NCBI GenBank assembly: GCA_000320545.1
Contig: ADNK01000825.1
Coordinates: 1 to 64,000, forward strand
DNA from: Bigelowiella natans CCMP2755
Lineage: Eukaryota; Protista; Cercozoa
Direction: 5' to 3'
DNA: 64,000 nucleotides
Made by a program: the position numbers and the translations under genes. The stretch's first letter is position 1, and each line of letters begins with the position of its first letter. The notes below the pieces were generated by a model, which saw nothing but the letters and a program-made list of their open reading frames with translations, was not told the DNA's origin and searched no databases. Below are positions 27,571 to 38,814 of the stretch, in pieces.

Positions 27571-27922
27571 GTGAATTTGTTGGTTGGTTAGTATCTCCAT
27601 TTAGGCAGCAACCATCTTGAATCGATTCCAAAGGAGTTGTCCCAGCTGAAGAATTTGAAGGTCAGTTCAGTCCAGTGTTCGATATTGATATGGGCATATG
27701 TGTCATTACACGACCTCACATCAAATGCGTGTGTGTTTGTGTGTGTTTGTGTGTGTGTGTGCGTGTTTGTTTGTTTTTGTTGGTTGGTTAGTATCTCTCT
27801 TTGGGCAACAACCATCTTGAATCGATTCCAAAGGAGTTATCCCAGCTGAAGAATCTGTCGGTCAGTCTAGTGCTCGGTATTGATATGGGCATATGTGTCA
27901 TTACACGACCTCATATAGCGTG

Positions 27923-27953
<31 letters not shown>

Positions 27954-28025
27954 TATTTGTTGGTTGGGCAGTATCTCGATTTAAGCAACAACCATCTTGA
28001 ATCGATTCCAAAGGAGTTATACCAG
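27155..28025 (+). repeat. Tandem array of five LRR exon+intron cassettes (unit 169-200 bp)
   Basis: Exons 27230-27298, 27399-27467, 27592-27660, 27792-27860 (69 nt each, AG/GT bounded, phase 0) and 27972-28025. Introns share gtcagt...gatatgg(a/g)catatgtgtcattacacgacctca...(GT)n...ttgttggttgg(tt/gc)ag. Confidence 0.97.
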
Positions 28026-29198
28026 GTGAACTAGATAGTGTTCAGTACGGTACATGATGTTTATGTAGTTTTGGGAAACAATATTTCAGTATTTATATCA
28101 CGGCATTGCGACGCTTATTTGTTGGTTAAAATTAAGTATATGGCGGTTTTATACTCGAATTGATAGGGAATTTCTTTCAAAGGGGTTTTCGCATTTTTCG
28201 TCATGCTGCATAGTGCTATATTTTGTATCGATTATTTTATTTTGAATCTCTTATTTTAAACATTACTATCCTGATCTTGGCAACTGGACGCCGAAGTTAA
28301 ATATGAGCCACAACAACAAGGATGAGCTGCTTCCCTGGGAATTGAGATATGTTGACCCGAAGGTTTGACCAGAATTAACGTGGCCTTTTAGACATTGTAT
28401 TTTTTGTCCTTTCTCCTGGCACCAAGTCAGATTGATACAATGTTTCTTGCTTGTTGCTGAACATACCGAATGGTTTTTTTGGGGGGGGGGGGGGGAGACA
28501 AAGTCCAACATGCTGGATTTAAGGGGAAATAGGCTCAAAATGATACCGGAGTCATTGCTAAAGTCTTGTAATCTTGAGGTGTGTTCGATGTGGTTTTTTT
28601 GGTGCTTGTACCAAGGATGAGATTTATCATATTGTATTTCAAGAGTGACAAATACGTCAATTAGTTTTCAAAACGACACGTTTGCGAATATTTATGCCAC
28701 TATAATTATCACTATTTTGATTTTATATGTCATAGTAGCGTTTGTACCCTGTTGGGGAGTTCATCCTAAATTGTTTTTCAAACACCTACCCCTGCAAATA
28801 TTATTCATCATATGGACAGAAAATTCATTTTGATGGCAAAGAACTGATCACAATGAGCTACAACGAAGTCGTGCATCTCAATGAACAAGGTCGCTGCCAT
28901 GACTTTAATAATATTTATCTATCAACTGTTCCTCATCGTATCTGTGTCATAGGCCTAAAAACATGGCTAATGGCCCTGGCAAATATGTACGAAATCGACG
29001 AAATGCATATCAACAAGGTTTTATCTCTTGTTCAAGTGCAGAAACAAGCGCTAAATAAATATATGCCAAATAAGATTTATATCGAATCTGATGAAACGTT
29101 TGCGCGTTCAGTTGATGGGTGAAGAGTACTCTGCGATGGATCTTGTGCACATTGAAAAGGAAGAGCTAATGGAGGTTTTCACGAGTTATACAGCTTAG
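27230..29198 (+). pseudogene. LRR receptor-like gene or pseudogene built on the cassette array, with degenerate downstream LRRs and a weak SAM-like C-terminus
   Basis: Cassettes encode YLGLSNNQLESIPKELSQLKNLS etc. Downstream are ITALRRLFVG*N* (two TAA), LNMSHNN, MLDLRGNRLKMIPESLLKSCNLE, GLKTWLMALANMYEID and LMGEEYSAMDLVHIEKEELMEVF. I found no convincing first exon or continuous spliced ORF. Confidence 0.5.
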
Positions 29199-29229
29199 CT
29201 GGCAATTCAATGACCTAATAATATACTGT

Positions 29230-30790
29230 GTCGATGTGCATCTCTATCATGTGCAAATTTTCCATGGGGGATGCATAATACTATGTAATTTTGCTCATTC
29301 TTCTATCTTCAGCACACGGATGTACGTACATTTCGTTGAAAACATGCGCACTGATGGTGTTTGTGCGCTCAACCAGGTCATTGGCAAGAGAGGCCCGACT
29401 TCAAAACTGCACCGTTTGTTCTCGAATTTGAAATCAAGAAACGACCAAACATGTGCTTTCTGACCATTTAAATTTCTCAGCAAAATGCAAATGGTTTTCG
29501 TGTTGCAGTATTTGTGGTCCGTTCTCCCAAATCGATTCACATGTCATTGTGTTTGTTGAGGTTTTGACAGTGCTAGACTGTGCCATGTTGATTTTGTGTA
29601 GCATTCAATTCCTCGATTTTGTGCTGTCATCAACGCTTCATTTGTTGCATCATTCCAATCGCATTCAAAAAGCACACGCTGAACGTGCATGTGCACCTAA
29701 TCGACCTCTCTAGCTCTGCATGCTGGGGTCTGTGTAGCAAGCGTATACGTGGTCACGTGCTCATCAACAATGAATGCATCATCACATGAAACTTTTGCTG
29801 AAATCATTTTGCTTCGCCTTGCATGCCCTGTACGTCGCTCCACACATCGCTAGCGTTGTTCTCGGCAATCACACATCAGCACGCCATACATGTGGCAGTC
29901 GCATTCGCTCATTGGAACCCATACATCTAGCCATGCATGATGGATGCATGCGGCATGTCGCTTCCCACATGGCGTGTGTTGTGTTGGTAGCTAGCGCTAT
30001 GGCTAGCTAGCTGGCTAAAGCATGCATGTGCGCAGCTGCTTGTTATGAGACGGATACGATGTAATGAAATGTTTAAATTTTTCAATGGTCATCCTGATGT
30101 AGTAGCTGTGCAATGCAGCGGCTACATAACAGCGCTCAAATTGTTTGTATCTGTTTGTTACAATAAGCTGCTTATTACTATTGCATGTTGATCGAGATTC
30201 TGCTGTTGGGATAATGGATGATCGCGATGAAACAGCAAGCACATCTTTGTGCAAACGAACTTGCGTACAAGTCTAGCTAGAAGTGTTGCAGTCGCAGCGC
30301 TAGATCGTCATCAACTGCGCAAGTACCATAAGCCAGTCTAGCTAACTAGCAGCTTTTAATGAACACGACCTAGCTAGCTAGCTAGCTAGTGCAATGAATT
30401 CAATGAAGAAGAATTTGCTTTCTCAACAATTAGTTAACGCCCACGTGCATGCATGATACCATGCCCATTGGCTAGGGAAAACCACAGCTAATCGAGCTAC
30501 GCACAGTTGCAAGTGAAGACTATGCTAGAGTGGACTTTGACAACACAAGCAGGCTCATCATTATCAATCGCACCCGCACGACAGTAGTCAATTTGCAAGT
30601 CGATGAGGTGATCAACTAGCATTGGTTGTCCGATGACTCCGTTCGTGGGCACAATCCTAGCAACACTGGTCTTGAAAATGAAAAATGAGGTATGGTTGCG
30701 ATGGGGATGAGAGTCCAGATTTGAATGAAAACGCAACGCATGTTATCACATGCAGAAAATTGCGTCCATCGATATGTCGATAGGACCCTC
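29230..30790. other. Intergenic C-to-T-decayed block 4 with fossil reading frames
   Basis: catgcatg, tgca and (ctag)n at 29989-30012 and 30370-30389. Stop-interrupted frames lie antisense to the open ORFs 29453..29713 and 30497..30736. Confidence 0.65.
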
Positions 30791-30906
30791 CCCTCTTAAC
30801 CGTGTCTGTACAATCAATCAGTGCGCGGAATTTTAACCTCCGCCACTGCTATTCTTCTAATATATTTGACCGATCATCATCATCATCATCATCATCGCCG
30901 TCGTCA

Positions 30907-31513
30907 TTAAACAAGGGTCTTGATGAGCTTAGCCAACTCAAAGCCGAAGCCAACCCAATTGCCCTCCGAGTAGTCCGTGCACGCGGCACCGACCTCCTTC
31001 TCAATCTCAACCCCGTTGATGAGTATGTGGAGAATCTGCTCAATCCACGATATCTCCGGCGCGACGCCAAGCTTCACAGCGAGCTTCTCAAGAAGGTCAG
31101 CGAACTCCTGCATGTGGCAATCCCCAACAGAGTTGGACACGGCAGTGAATCCCTTTCCTAGGTCAGCAAGCCCCGCTTTAATCGCATCCTTGTCGTGCTG
31201 CCAGTGGAATATGACGCTTTGGTGAGAGTCGTGGAACTGTTGATATGCGTCACCAAAATCGGTCCAGGCACTCTTAAGGTCGGTCTCACACGCCTTGAAG
31301 CTGCCCTCGATGTCCCCGAGGAATTGTAGAACGCCAACCACCATGTAGCAAATGTCCGATGTGCAGGCGTGCCCTTCTGTCCACTGTGCAAGGTCGTTCA
31401 TTACCTCTCCAAGCGACTGCCCGACGGCCCTAGTCAGAGGAGGGAAGCAACGAGTGAGCGACAAGGTAAGAAAACGAGCCACCATCTTTCTTTTGTATAT
31501 TCTTTTTTTCCAT

Positions 31514-31586
<73 letters not shown>

Positions 31587-33634
31587 GCCGAGTATGTTTA
31601 TGTCTATGTGTGTGTGCGCGCGCTCGCGCGCTGTGATCAATGCAACACAAACAGGTTGACATCTTCATCGCTACGAGTCACAGGTTGACATCTTCATCGC
31701 TACGAGTCACAGGTGCCACGGCAGTTGCAATTACTGCTACCTGTAGTCGTGGTGTTCGAAGGCCTGGAGAGTCGCGTACAGTTCCTCGTAAAAATCAGTT
31801 CCGTGCACCAGGACTTTAGTGACGTCATCGAGGATGGTGGTGTTAGCAAATCCAAAGACGTTCGCTTCCTGCTCGATGTACTTGAGCTCATCCGTGATGC
31901 CACATCCCGTCACAGCCTTGGAGATCTCATTCAAACCCTCGGCCCATTCGTTCACGGCGCTGCCGATCTTTTTCTGGCCGAAGTACTGCGCGCCGGCGAT
32001 GAAAGCTTGGTTCGCGGCATACAGGTCCTGCTTGCAGATCGAGAGGTCTTGGAGAGCTATGCCGAAAGCATGGAGCAAACCCTCGACGACTTTGCACACG
32101 AATAGGTTGCACTTGGAGCTGGCGACAAGATCGGAGAGCGTTCCGAGGTCGTTCCCGAAGGCCGCCCAGTTTTGGGCCTTGAAGTCCTGAGAGGCGCGCG
32201 CAAGGTCATCCGTAACATCCGCTCCTTCAACAATGATGGAAACCACGCTGGCGATCTCAGCAGATACGGCTGACCCACCGAGCTTCTTGGCAGTGTCTTC
32301 CAAGATCTGGGCGAGCTCGGGAATGTCGCATGCCGATACAGCGCCTGCTAGCTCCTGGACGCCTTGCGCCAAATAGCCCACGGCTTGGCCCAAACTCCCA
32401 CTCTCGAAGCGACTCATAGCATTTTCGATGTCATACCAAGCATTATCCGCCTTGCCGGAGCACTTGGAGAAGTCTTGGAGTTCGAGTTGGAAAACGCCGA
32501 GGAGCCCCTCGATGACAATGCAGGCCTTGGTCTTGCAGTTTGAAGCACGAAGCGACTGGAGGAGGCGGCCAAGCATCAGACCCGCCTGGTTGAAGTCTCC
32601 AGAGGCGATTGCAGTGATGGCTTGGTAAAACTCGTCGTAAACATCCGCGTACTTAACCACGATCTGGTATTTGCCAGACACCTCTTTCACAATCGCTGCC
32701 TCGAGCTTGGGCGCAACCTTAGCGAGGACGTTAGCAAGAGGCTTTAGCCCGCATGCGTCATTTGCCAGCGCCTGAGCGAGGTAGTCGAGTCCCTTGGCCA
32801 TGCTCTCGACTGATTGCTCAGCCTTCTTTTCCTGCCATAGGTCGACCGCATACGTAAGGTTTTGGATCGCTGGCTCAATTGCAGATTCGCAAGGTCCGAC
32901 GTCCTTGGCCACCGCCTGAACAATCTGAAGAATGCCGTCTACGAGCTTGCATGCCTTAGAGCTTCCGCATCCACCGAAGACGTTTGAAAAGTCGTTTACC
33001 ATTGCGCCGATGGCGTCCCCAATGTCAGAGGCGCTGCCAGAGCGGACAGCGGCGCTCAGAGCCTCGATGTCCTTCTCAAGGTCGCTCGCGCCAACAAGAA
33101 TTTCAACGGCCTTATCAAACCCGGCGGTGGAAATATTTGCCCATCGGATGGCGGCAGCAAGGGCGTCAAGGCGCGCTTGAACCTGCGGCACACCGCAGTC
33201 CTTTACAGAGGATGACAACGATGAGATCGCGCGTCCGAGGGAAATCACTGCTGTCGTGTAGTTCTTCCCTTCGAAATCTTGAGCGAAATCTTTAAACTCG
33301 TGGCCAGATCCAGAGATATCTTTCACGCACCTAGAAAAAGCGATACGATGTTGAGACATGAAGGGAATGATGAGTAGCTATTCAGCAACGAAAAAATGGA
33401 TATTCAAAAAAAGATTTACGTTTGCGTGTCAACGCCAGAGACGCCAAGAAGCTTGAACACCACGTTGAGGATCGTTGCAGCGTCGGGAGTAGGAATTTCC
33501 GCACGAATGTGAAGAAGCGGGTTGTGAAAGGTGGTGTTGACGTGCTGCTGTTGTCTGGTGACGAGGGACATGTCGAATCCAGACACAGCAACCGCAAAAA
33601 GAAAAAGAGCTAAGGACTTAGAGGAAGCCATCAT
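30907..33634 (-). CDS. Secreted protein of about 775 aa with five ~143-aa Cys-paired alpha-helical repeats, unknown function
   Basis: Exons 33634-33420, 33330-31741 and 31429-30907 join in frame via GT-AG. Signal peptide MMASSKSLALFLFAVAVSG. Repeats share C..D..., a mid Cys, I.V.G.D/E...D/E, W...G..LG.L and linkers CGSSKAC/CKTKAC/CNLFVC/CTSDIC. Confidence 0.9.
31651..31714 (+). repeat. 29-bp exact tandem duplication (2 copies plus partial) in an intron
   Basis: acaggttgacatcttcatcgctacgagtc x2 followed by acaggt. Confidence 0.95.
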
Positions 33635-34254
33635 GTGTAACCTAGTAGTGGGGGCGTCAATCTCGTTTTTGAATACCTGTAGACCAACTTCACATGAATA
33701 CAGGTAAAACTAACCCTTTCACCCAAAAACTGAATCCCCACCCACCATCAGACGCAAATATATTGTGCTGTAATTGTATTCTCATGGTTTTAAGGAGGAA
33801 CGGTTCATAATAATGTATTCTCATGGTTTTGAGGGGGGGGGAGATGGACCGAGAGAGCTCTTTGGTTATTGACTACTACTGGTTAACGAAGTCTGGAGGT
33901 TGGCGGCTTTTCCCAACAAAATGGTGATCTTTTATACGAAAGACTACACAATATTGTTGTCGCAGTATAACAACGAGATCACCCTAACCCCAACCCAAGC
34001 CCTAAGCCATGTTGGTTGGAGAAACAGTTCTAAGGTGTTGCCCGTTTAAATGTTGTCGCTCTGTCAAAAATGACGAGTGTTTTTCGAAAATGGAACGTCT
34101 GGAAAAAGAAAGAGTAACGCGGTAACTGAAACCTTCTCTGCACTGGTGGGAGGTTGAACGAAACGAAAGGCGACATTATCTCTCTCCCTCAGCCGTCAGC
34201 CATTCTTCGACTCGGAAGGAGCGTAGAACGAAACAGCTGTTGTAGCACTCCTTG
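33635..34254. promoter_or_regulatory. Putative bidirectional promoter
   Basis: Lies between head-to-head start codons; contains a 17-bp direct repeat tgtattctcatggtttt (33775-33791, 33814-33830). Confidence 0.5.
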
Positions 34255-35435
34255 ATGCCTGGAGTCGGGACTGAAGGGGGGAACGAGAAGAACCGTGTGA
34301 AATTTCAGCCAATGGAGGCAGGGGATCTAGGTGAAGATGAGGAGGACTACGACGAACCTGGCAACGATGAGGAGCAGGAAAACTACGATGAACCTGGAAA
34401 CGATGAGGAGCCGGAAAATGACGACGAACCTGGCAACGACGAAACTGAACCAGGGAATCTAGGTGATGGCAATGAAGGAGAGGTTCCTCATTATGGTCGT
34501 AGAGAAACCCTGTCGTTGCACTCAATCCGCCAAACAACGATGCTCGACGGTGGCGCCCGTGCTCAAAAAATGAAGCTTTTCGAGGTGCAACACCCATCAA
34601 CCTGTACACCGTGTAACAAGCAGCATCGTCAGTTGCTTCCAACAACTTTTTTGACTGTGCCACATGAATTTGCGTGAGAAAATTTGGAATTTTAAAGTTC
34701 TACCCTATCTGAAATGACACGAGCAACCTTCCAGTTTTTTACGGCCGAAAATGGCCTTGAGTCGAAGAAGTCTCTGACCAAGATCGAGTTTGAGCACGTG
34801 CTTGAGAAATTAATCATGCAACTCAAGTAAGTGGTGTACAATTGACGTAATACGATGCATGGAAGGGAGGGAAGGGGAAGAGGGTTCGTATCTTCGTCGA
34901 ATTTTCTAAGATAAAAAGCGGATGTGCGCTACGGTATTGTGAAGTAAAACATCTATGCAGGTTACCTAAGTCTCCATATGTGAAAACAATATTTCGAAAA
35001 TTTGCGTTGGGTTCTGTCCCTAAAAACATCAAGGTATGTTGTTTTTCAGCAGCTGCTGCGAGTGGCAGCGTTTTTAGTTATTGGTTTAGATTTCATTATT
35101 CCTGACCTGCCCGAATAATGTAAACAGTACACACTCAAGAACACTGTACGTATTCATAATGGTACATGTGATTAACTCTCTCATTCCCCGCCCCTGTAAA
35201 TGCTACTTGACAATCTGCTACAGGCGAAGATGGCAGTTTCAGTGATTGAAAGTTTGCGGGGTGCAGTGCCGCGCACAATGTCCAAAATTGATGCGTCCCA
35301 GTTTAAAGCTGTTCTAGAAGATCTTACATTTAAAGTCTTCAAGAAGCTCAGCACTGACGCTAAAAAGCTATCTTCCGATATCGCAGCTGTCCTCTCCTCA
35401 TTCATGGTGCACCCCCTACACTCACTCTATGACAT

Positions 35436-35502
<67 letters not shown>

Positions 35503-36539
35503 CTTTTGTCTGATGAACTACGGTATGCCTGATCTATTTTCTGTAATCCTCACCCATCCAATTTATCTGCTCTTTTGCCTTATTTATAGATGTGCGGGGG
35601 CTACTCTGAAATCATCTTCAAATATTCGCTAAGAAAGCTGACGACCGACACTATTGACAGAAAGACTTTCACTAATTTCATTATCAACGCTATGCTTCGG
35701 TTCAAGTGCCCATTTCCCTCCAAGTACTCGGTGACGCGAGCCTTGCGATTCCTTGCCTTAGCGATTGTTGACGAAACTGTCATACAAAAGGTACTGATTG
35801 TAGTGGTAAGCCAGCAGGAGAGTTGTGCAATATATGAGTGCATATCAAAAATAATATTGGTATTGGAGGCGTTTACAACACGTGCAGCAATTCCTTATCA
35901 TCCGCAATTTTTCTATTTTCTATATTTTTGTAGGTTCTGAAGTATACCAGGCTCGAGAAGCAGAAGCCGAAACTGTTCCGCCGTAAATCCAAATTTCTCA
36001 AAGCCTCAGGGGGGGGTGGCAGCACAACAACGCAGTCAACGCAAGGAGCTGTCTCAGAATTGTATGGGCGCCTTCTGGACAGTAAAATAGAGAGAAAGAA
36101 TTCAAAGAAGGCCTACATTGGAGCAGCAAAGGTTTGGGCAGTACAGGCGGAATTGTTTGCACTCTCATCGTTTCTATTCTTCCCCACAAACCCCTTTTCG
36201 ATTAATATGTTGGAATTGATTTAATTTAAGTAATTGATATCCAAGCATATCATTCTCGCTTTCTCCCTTTCTCGTATACAGGGGCGAATGCCCAAAAAGT
36301 GGTTCACGGATATGATAAAGGCGAACCCATTCGAGGATCTTGTGGTGGAGGGTATTATGGCTAGTTGGCACAAATACACTCCTACTGGAAAACTCAACGC
36401 AGCCGGCTTCGCAGACATTCTTGAAGAGATCATCAAGTCCACGTTCACCCGCATTACATCTGGGCGTAAGGACAAGGTGAGCAAACCTGTTACGATTCTC
36501 TATCACTATCTGCTTTGTTCTCTGTATATCTTCTGCTTA

Positions 36540-36613
<74 letters not shown>

Positions 36614-37673
36614 TCCTTTCTATTGGCTTCTCCTACGTTAATAAACGATACTAAGTGTTGTCTCTATCTTCTTGCTTTAGGAATTGGATGATATTGACAT
36701 GGACGCCATCATCACGTTGCTCACAGGAACAAAGCCTACCCAAACTCAGCAACACCTTTGCGACTTTTATAAGTCCGAGAAGCTTGCAGCTGCTCAGGTT
36801 CGACTCGAGCAGAACACGAAAGGAGGTTCTGAAGCTGGGCGCAAGGGTAAGAAGAACCGTCGAAAGAACGACAAAGGCCGGCAACAAATAGAAGGAAAAG
36901 AGGGCGATTCAGGTTTGACTCTTGAGCAATTTGGAAAGTTCATGGCCCGTGCATGGAAGCACGAAGCAGACTGCGGAGAACCCGCGCGCGCCCACGCGCG
37001 ATATTTGGGTGCGCTGTTTCTGTTGTCGTTTGAGGACTCAGCCGTGATATCGATGGAGCAGGAACGCTTGGAGCTGGAAGAGTCCGGTAAACTCGAGGAA
37101 AAGCGTAAAAAATACTCGGTCGATGATGAAGACCCCAATAGTGAGGGAAAAGACGGGAAGGGAAAGGATAGCGGCGACTGGAGAAAATTCGAGTACGGAC
37201 TTGACTTAGAATTTTCAGACGGTGAGAACAGCGAAGGGGAGAGTACCGATGAGGAAGAGGCTGCTCTCCAAGAGGACGCTGAGGTTGAGCAGGAGCTTCA
37301 AGCTCAGCCCAAGGCTAAACAGGCTCCACGCCGAAAGAAGAAAAAGAAAAAGAAGAAGAAAAAACGCCGGTATGAATGGAACGAGAGGCACTGGGTGTTG
37401 CCCTCTAAAAACGACCGACAGGTAAGCTCGCCCTTTAAGTCATCGTTCGACTCTCAAAAAATCCATTCCGTTCGTGCTGACGGCTCGAGTTACATCAATC
37501 CAACCAAGATGAACAGGACCGGCTTGATGAGGCTTCCCAGGCTCAGGGGTCTTGTCAAGAGCTATGGCTACAAGCCAACGAAAGCTAATGCACAACAGAA
37601 CTTAGGATCCTCAGCTTCATGTCGATTGCCTGTTATTGAGGAACCTAGAAAACATTCCGCTGGTACCAGATAA
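34255..37673 (+). CDS. Multi-exon protein of unknown function, acidic N-terminal repeats and Lys-rich C-terminal part
   Basis: ORF 34252..34677 (first exon), internal exons such as LEDLTFKVFKKLSTDAK and GRMPKKWFTDMIKANPFEDLVVEG, and a 329-codon terminal exon ending at 37673. Confidence 0.75.
34351..34450 (+). repeat. Coding 36-bp tandem repeat (DEPGNDEExENx) x3
   Basis: gacgaacctggcaacgatgaggag... repeated in frame. Confidence 0.85.
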
Positions 37674-38059
37674 TAGAATGCTGAGTCTCTCCCCCTTCAT
37701 CCCTTCTCAAGAAGAAAGCGGCAAGTTTACATAAATAAGCAAGCATTCACTTTTCCATGAGATATAGCTAGTGTCGAGGTTCTTGTGGCGGTCTTCGAAG
37801 TTGAGATTCAAACGTTTGTAGATTACTCTCCGTTGATAGTGGTGGAGAAACGCGTACAATAAGACGATCTTTCACCCAACGGCAAGAAGTTTTCGCCAAA
37901 ATATGATCTATTCCTATTTTTTTCTTGTAGAGATATTTGAAAACGATTCTTTCTCCTCAGACCCACAATGTGAATCTCCCAAGTGTAAAAAAATGTAACG
38001 TAATTTTACTGTTCTATGAGTATTTCGATACTCCTTTTGGAATGGAAGTGGCGCATGTA

Positions 38060-38520
38060 TCGATTTCCAACTTTCCCCCCATTCAAATTTGATATGTGCA
38101 TGTAATCGATCGAAAACCAGATTCGTTGAAGTTACAACCAGTCGAATTTGTCGAGCAAAAACTGTAGCCATGCACGTTGCAATTGCAGTGTCGTCATCAT
38201 GCACGCTGCACATGTGCATGCTTCGAGCAAGAGCAGTTGCTAATCGACATGCATGTGCATGCGTCACAATGACACAGCAGCACGCTGCACCGCACAGCAG
38301 TAGCTGTGAGCTTATGTGTGACAAGACTACAGCGTAGTCGATCTTAATGATGTGTAGCACGTGTACTGTAAACATTGCGCATGCGCTTGTGGCATAGTTG
38401 TTGTTACTGCTGCAGCAGCCGGAGCGAGCTCCAGAATCCGCTGCCCATCATCCCGATGAGCAACATGGCGTGTGTTGTACAGTGCGTAGCATAGCATGTG
38501 TACAACTCACACTGTAAGTA
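38060..38520. other. Intergenic decayed block 5
   Basis: tgcacatgtgcatg, catgcatgtgcatgc, gcgcatgcgc, agcatagcatg between convergent 3' ends. Confidence 0.6.
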
Positions 38521-38636
38521 ATAATTTATTAGATTAGAGATCTATCTGGGCACGTCTGTTCGTATGGCACAGTATCATATATACGAACTATTAGTCTTCA
38601 GGTTTCGATGTTGCCTTCAGTTGCTACGACAGTTTT

Positions 38637-38767
38637 TCATTTCTTAAGCTTCCCAACAACTGGGTATTTTGATTCAAATCTCTGAACCCATTTTTGTAAG
38701 CTCTCTGCGTCCTTTTCCCTGTTTTGAACGAATAGGGGTTTGGCAATAATTTTAATTTTCCATGTCG

Positions 38768-38814
<47 letters not shown>

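Noticed and set aside
27155-28025. CRISPR-like repeat-spacer appearance of the 27-kb array
   Set aside because: Units are 169-200 bp with GT-AG introns and coding LRR exons; there are no unique spacers and no cas genes.
31651-31714. 29-bp duplication as a target-site duplication of a mobile element
   Set aside because: The copies are directly adjacent with nothing inserted; a simple slippage duplication in an intron.
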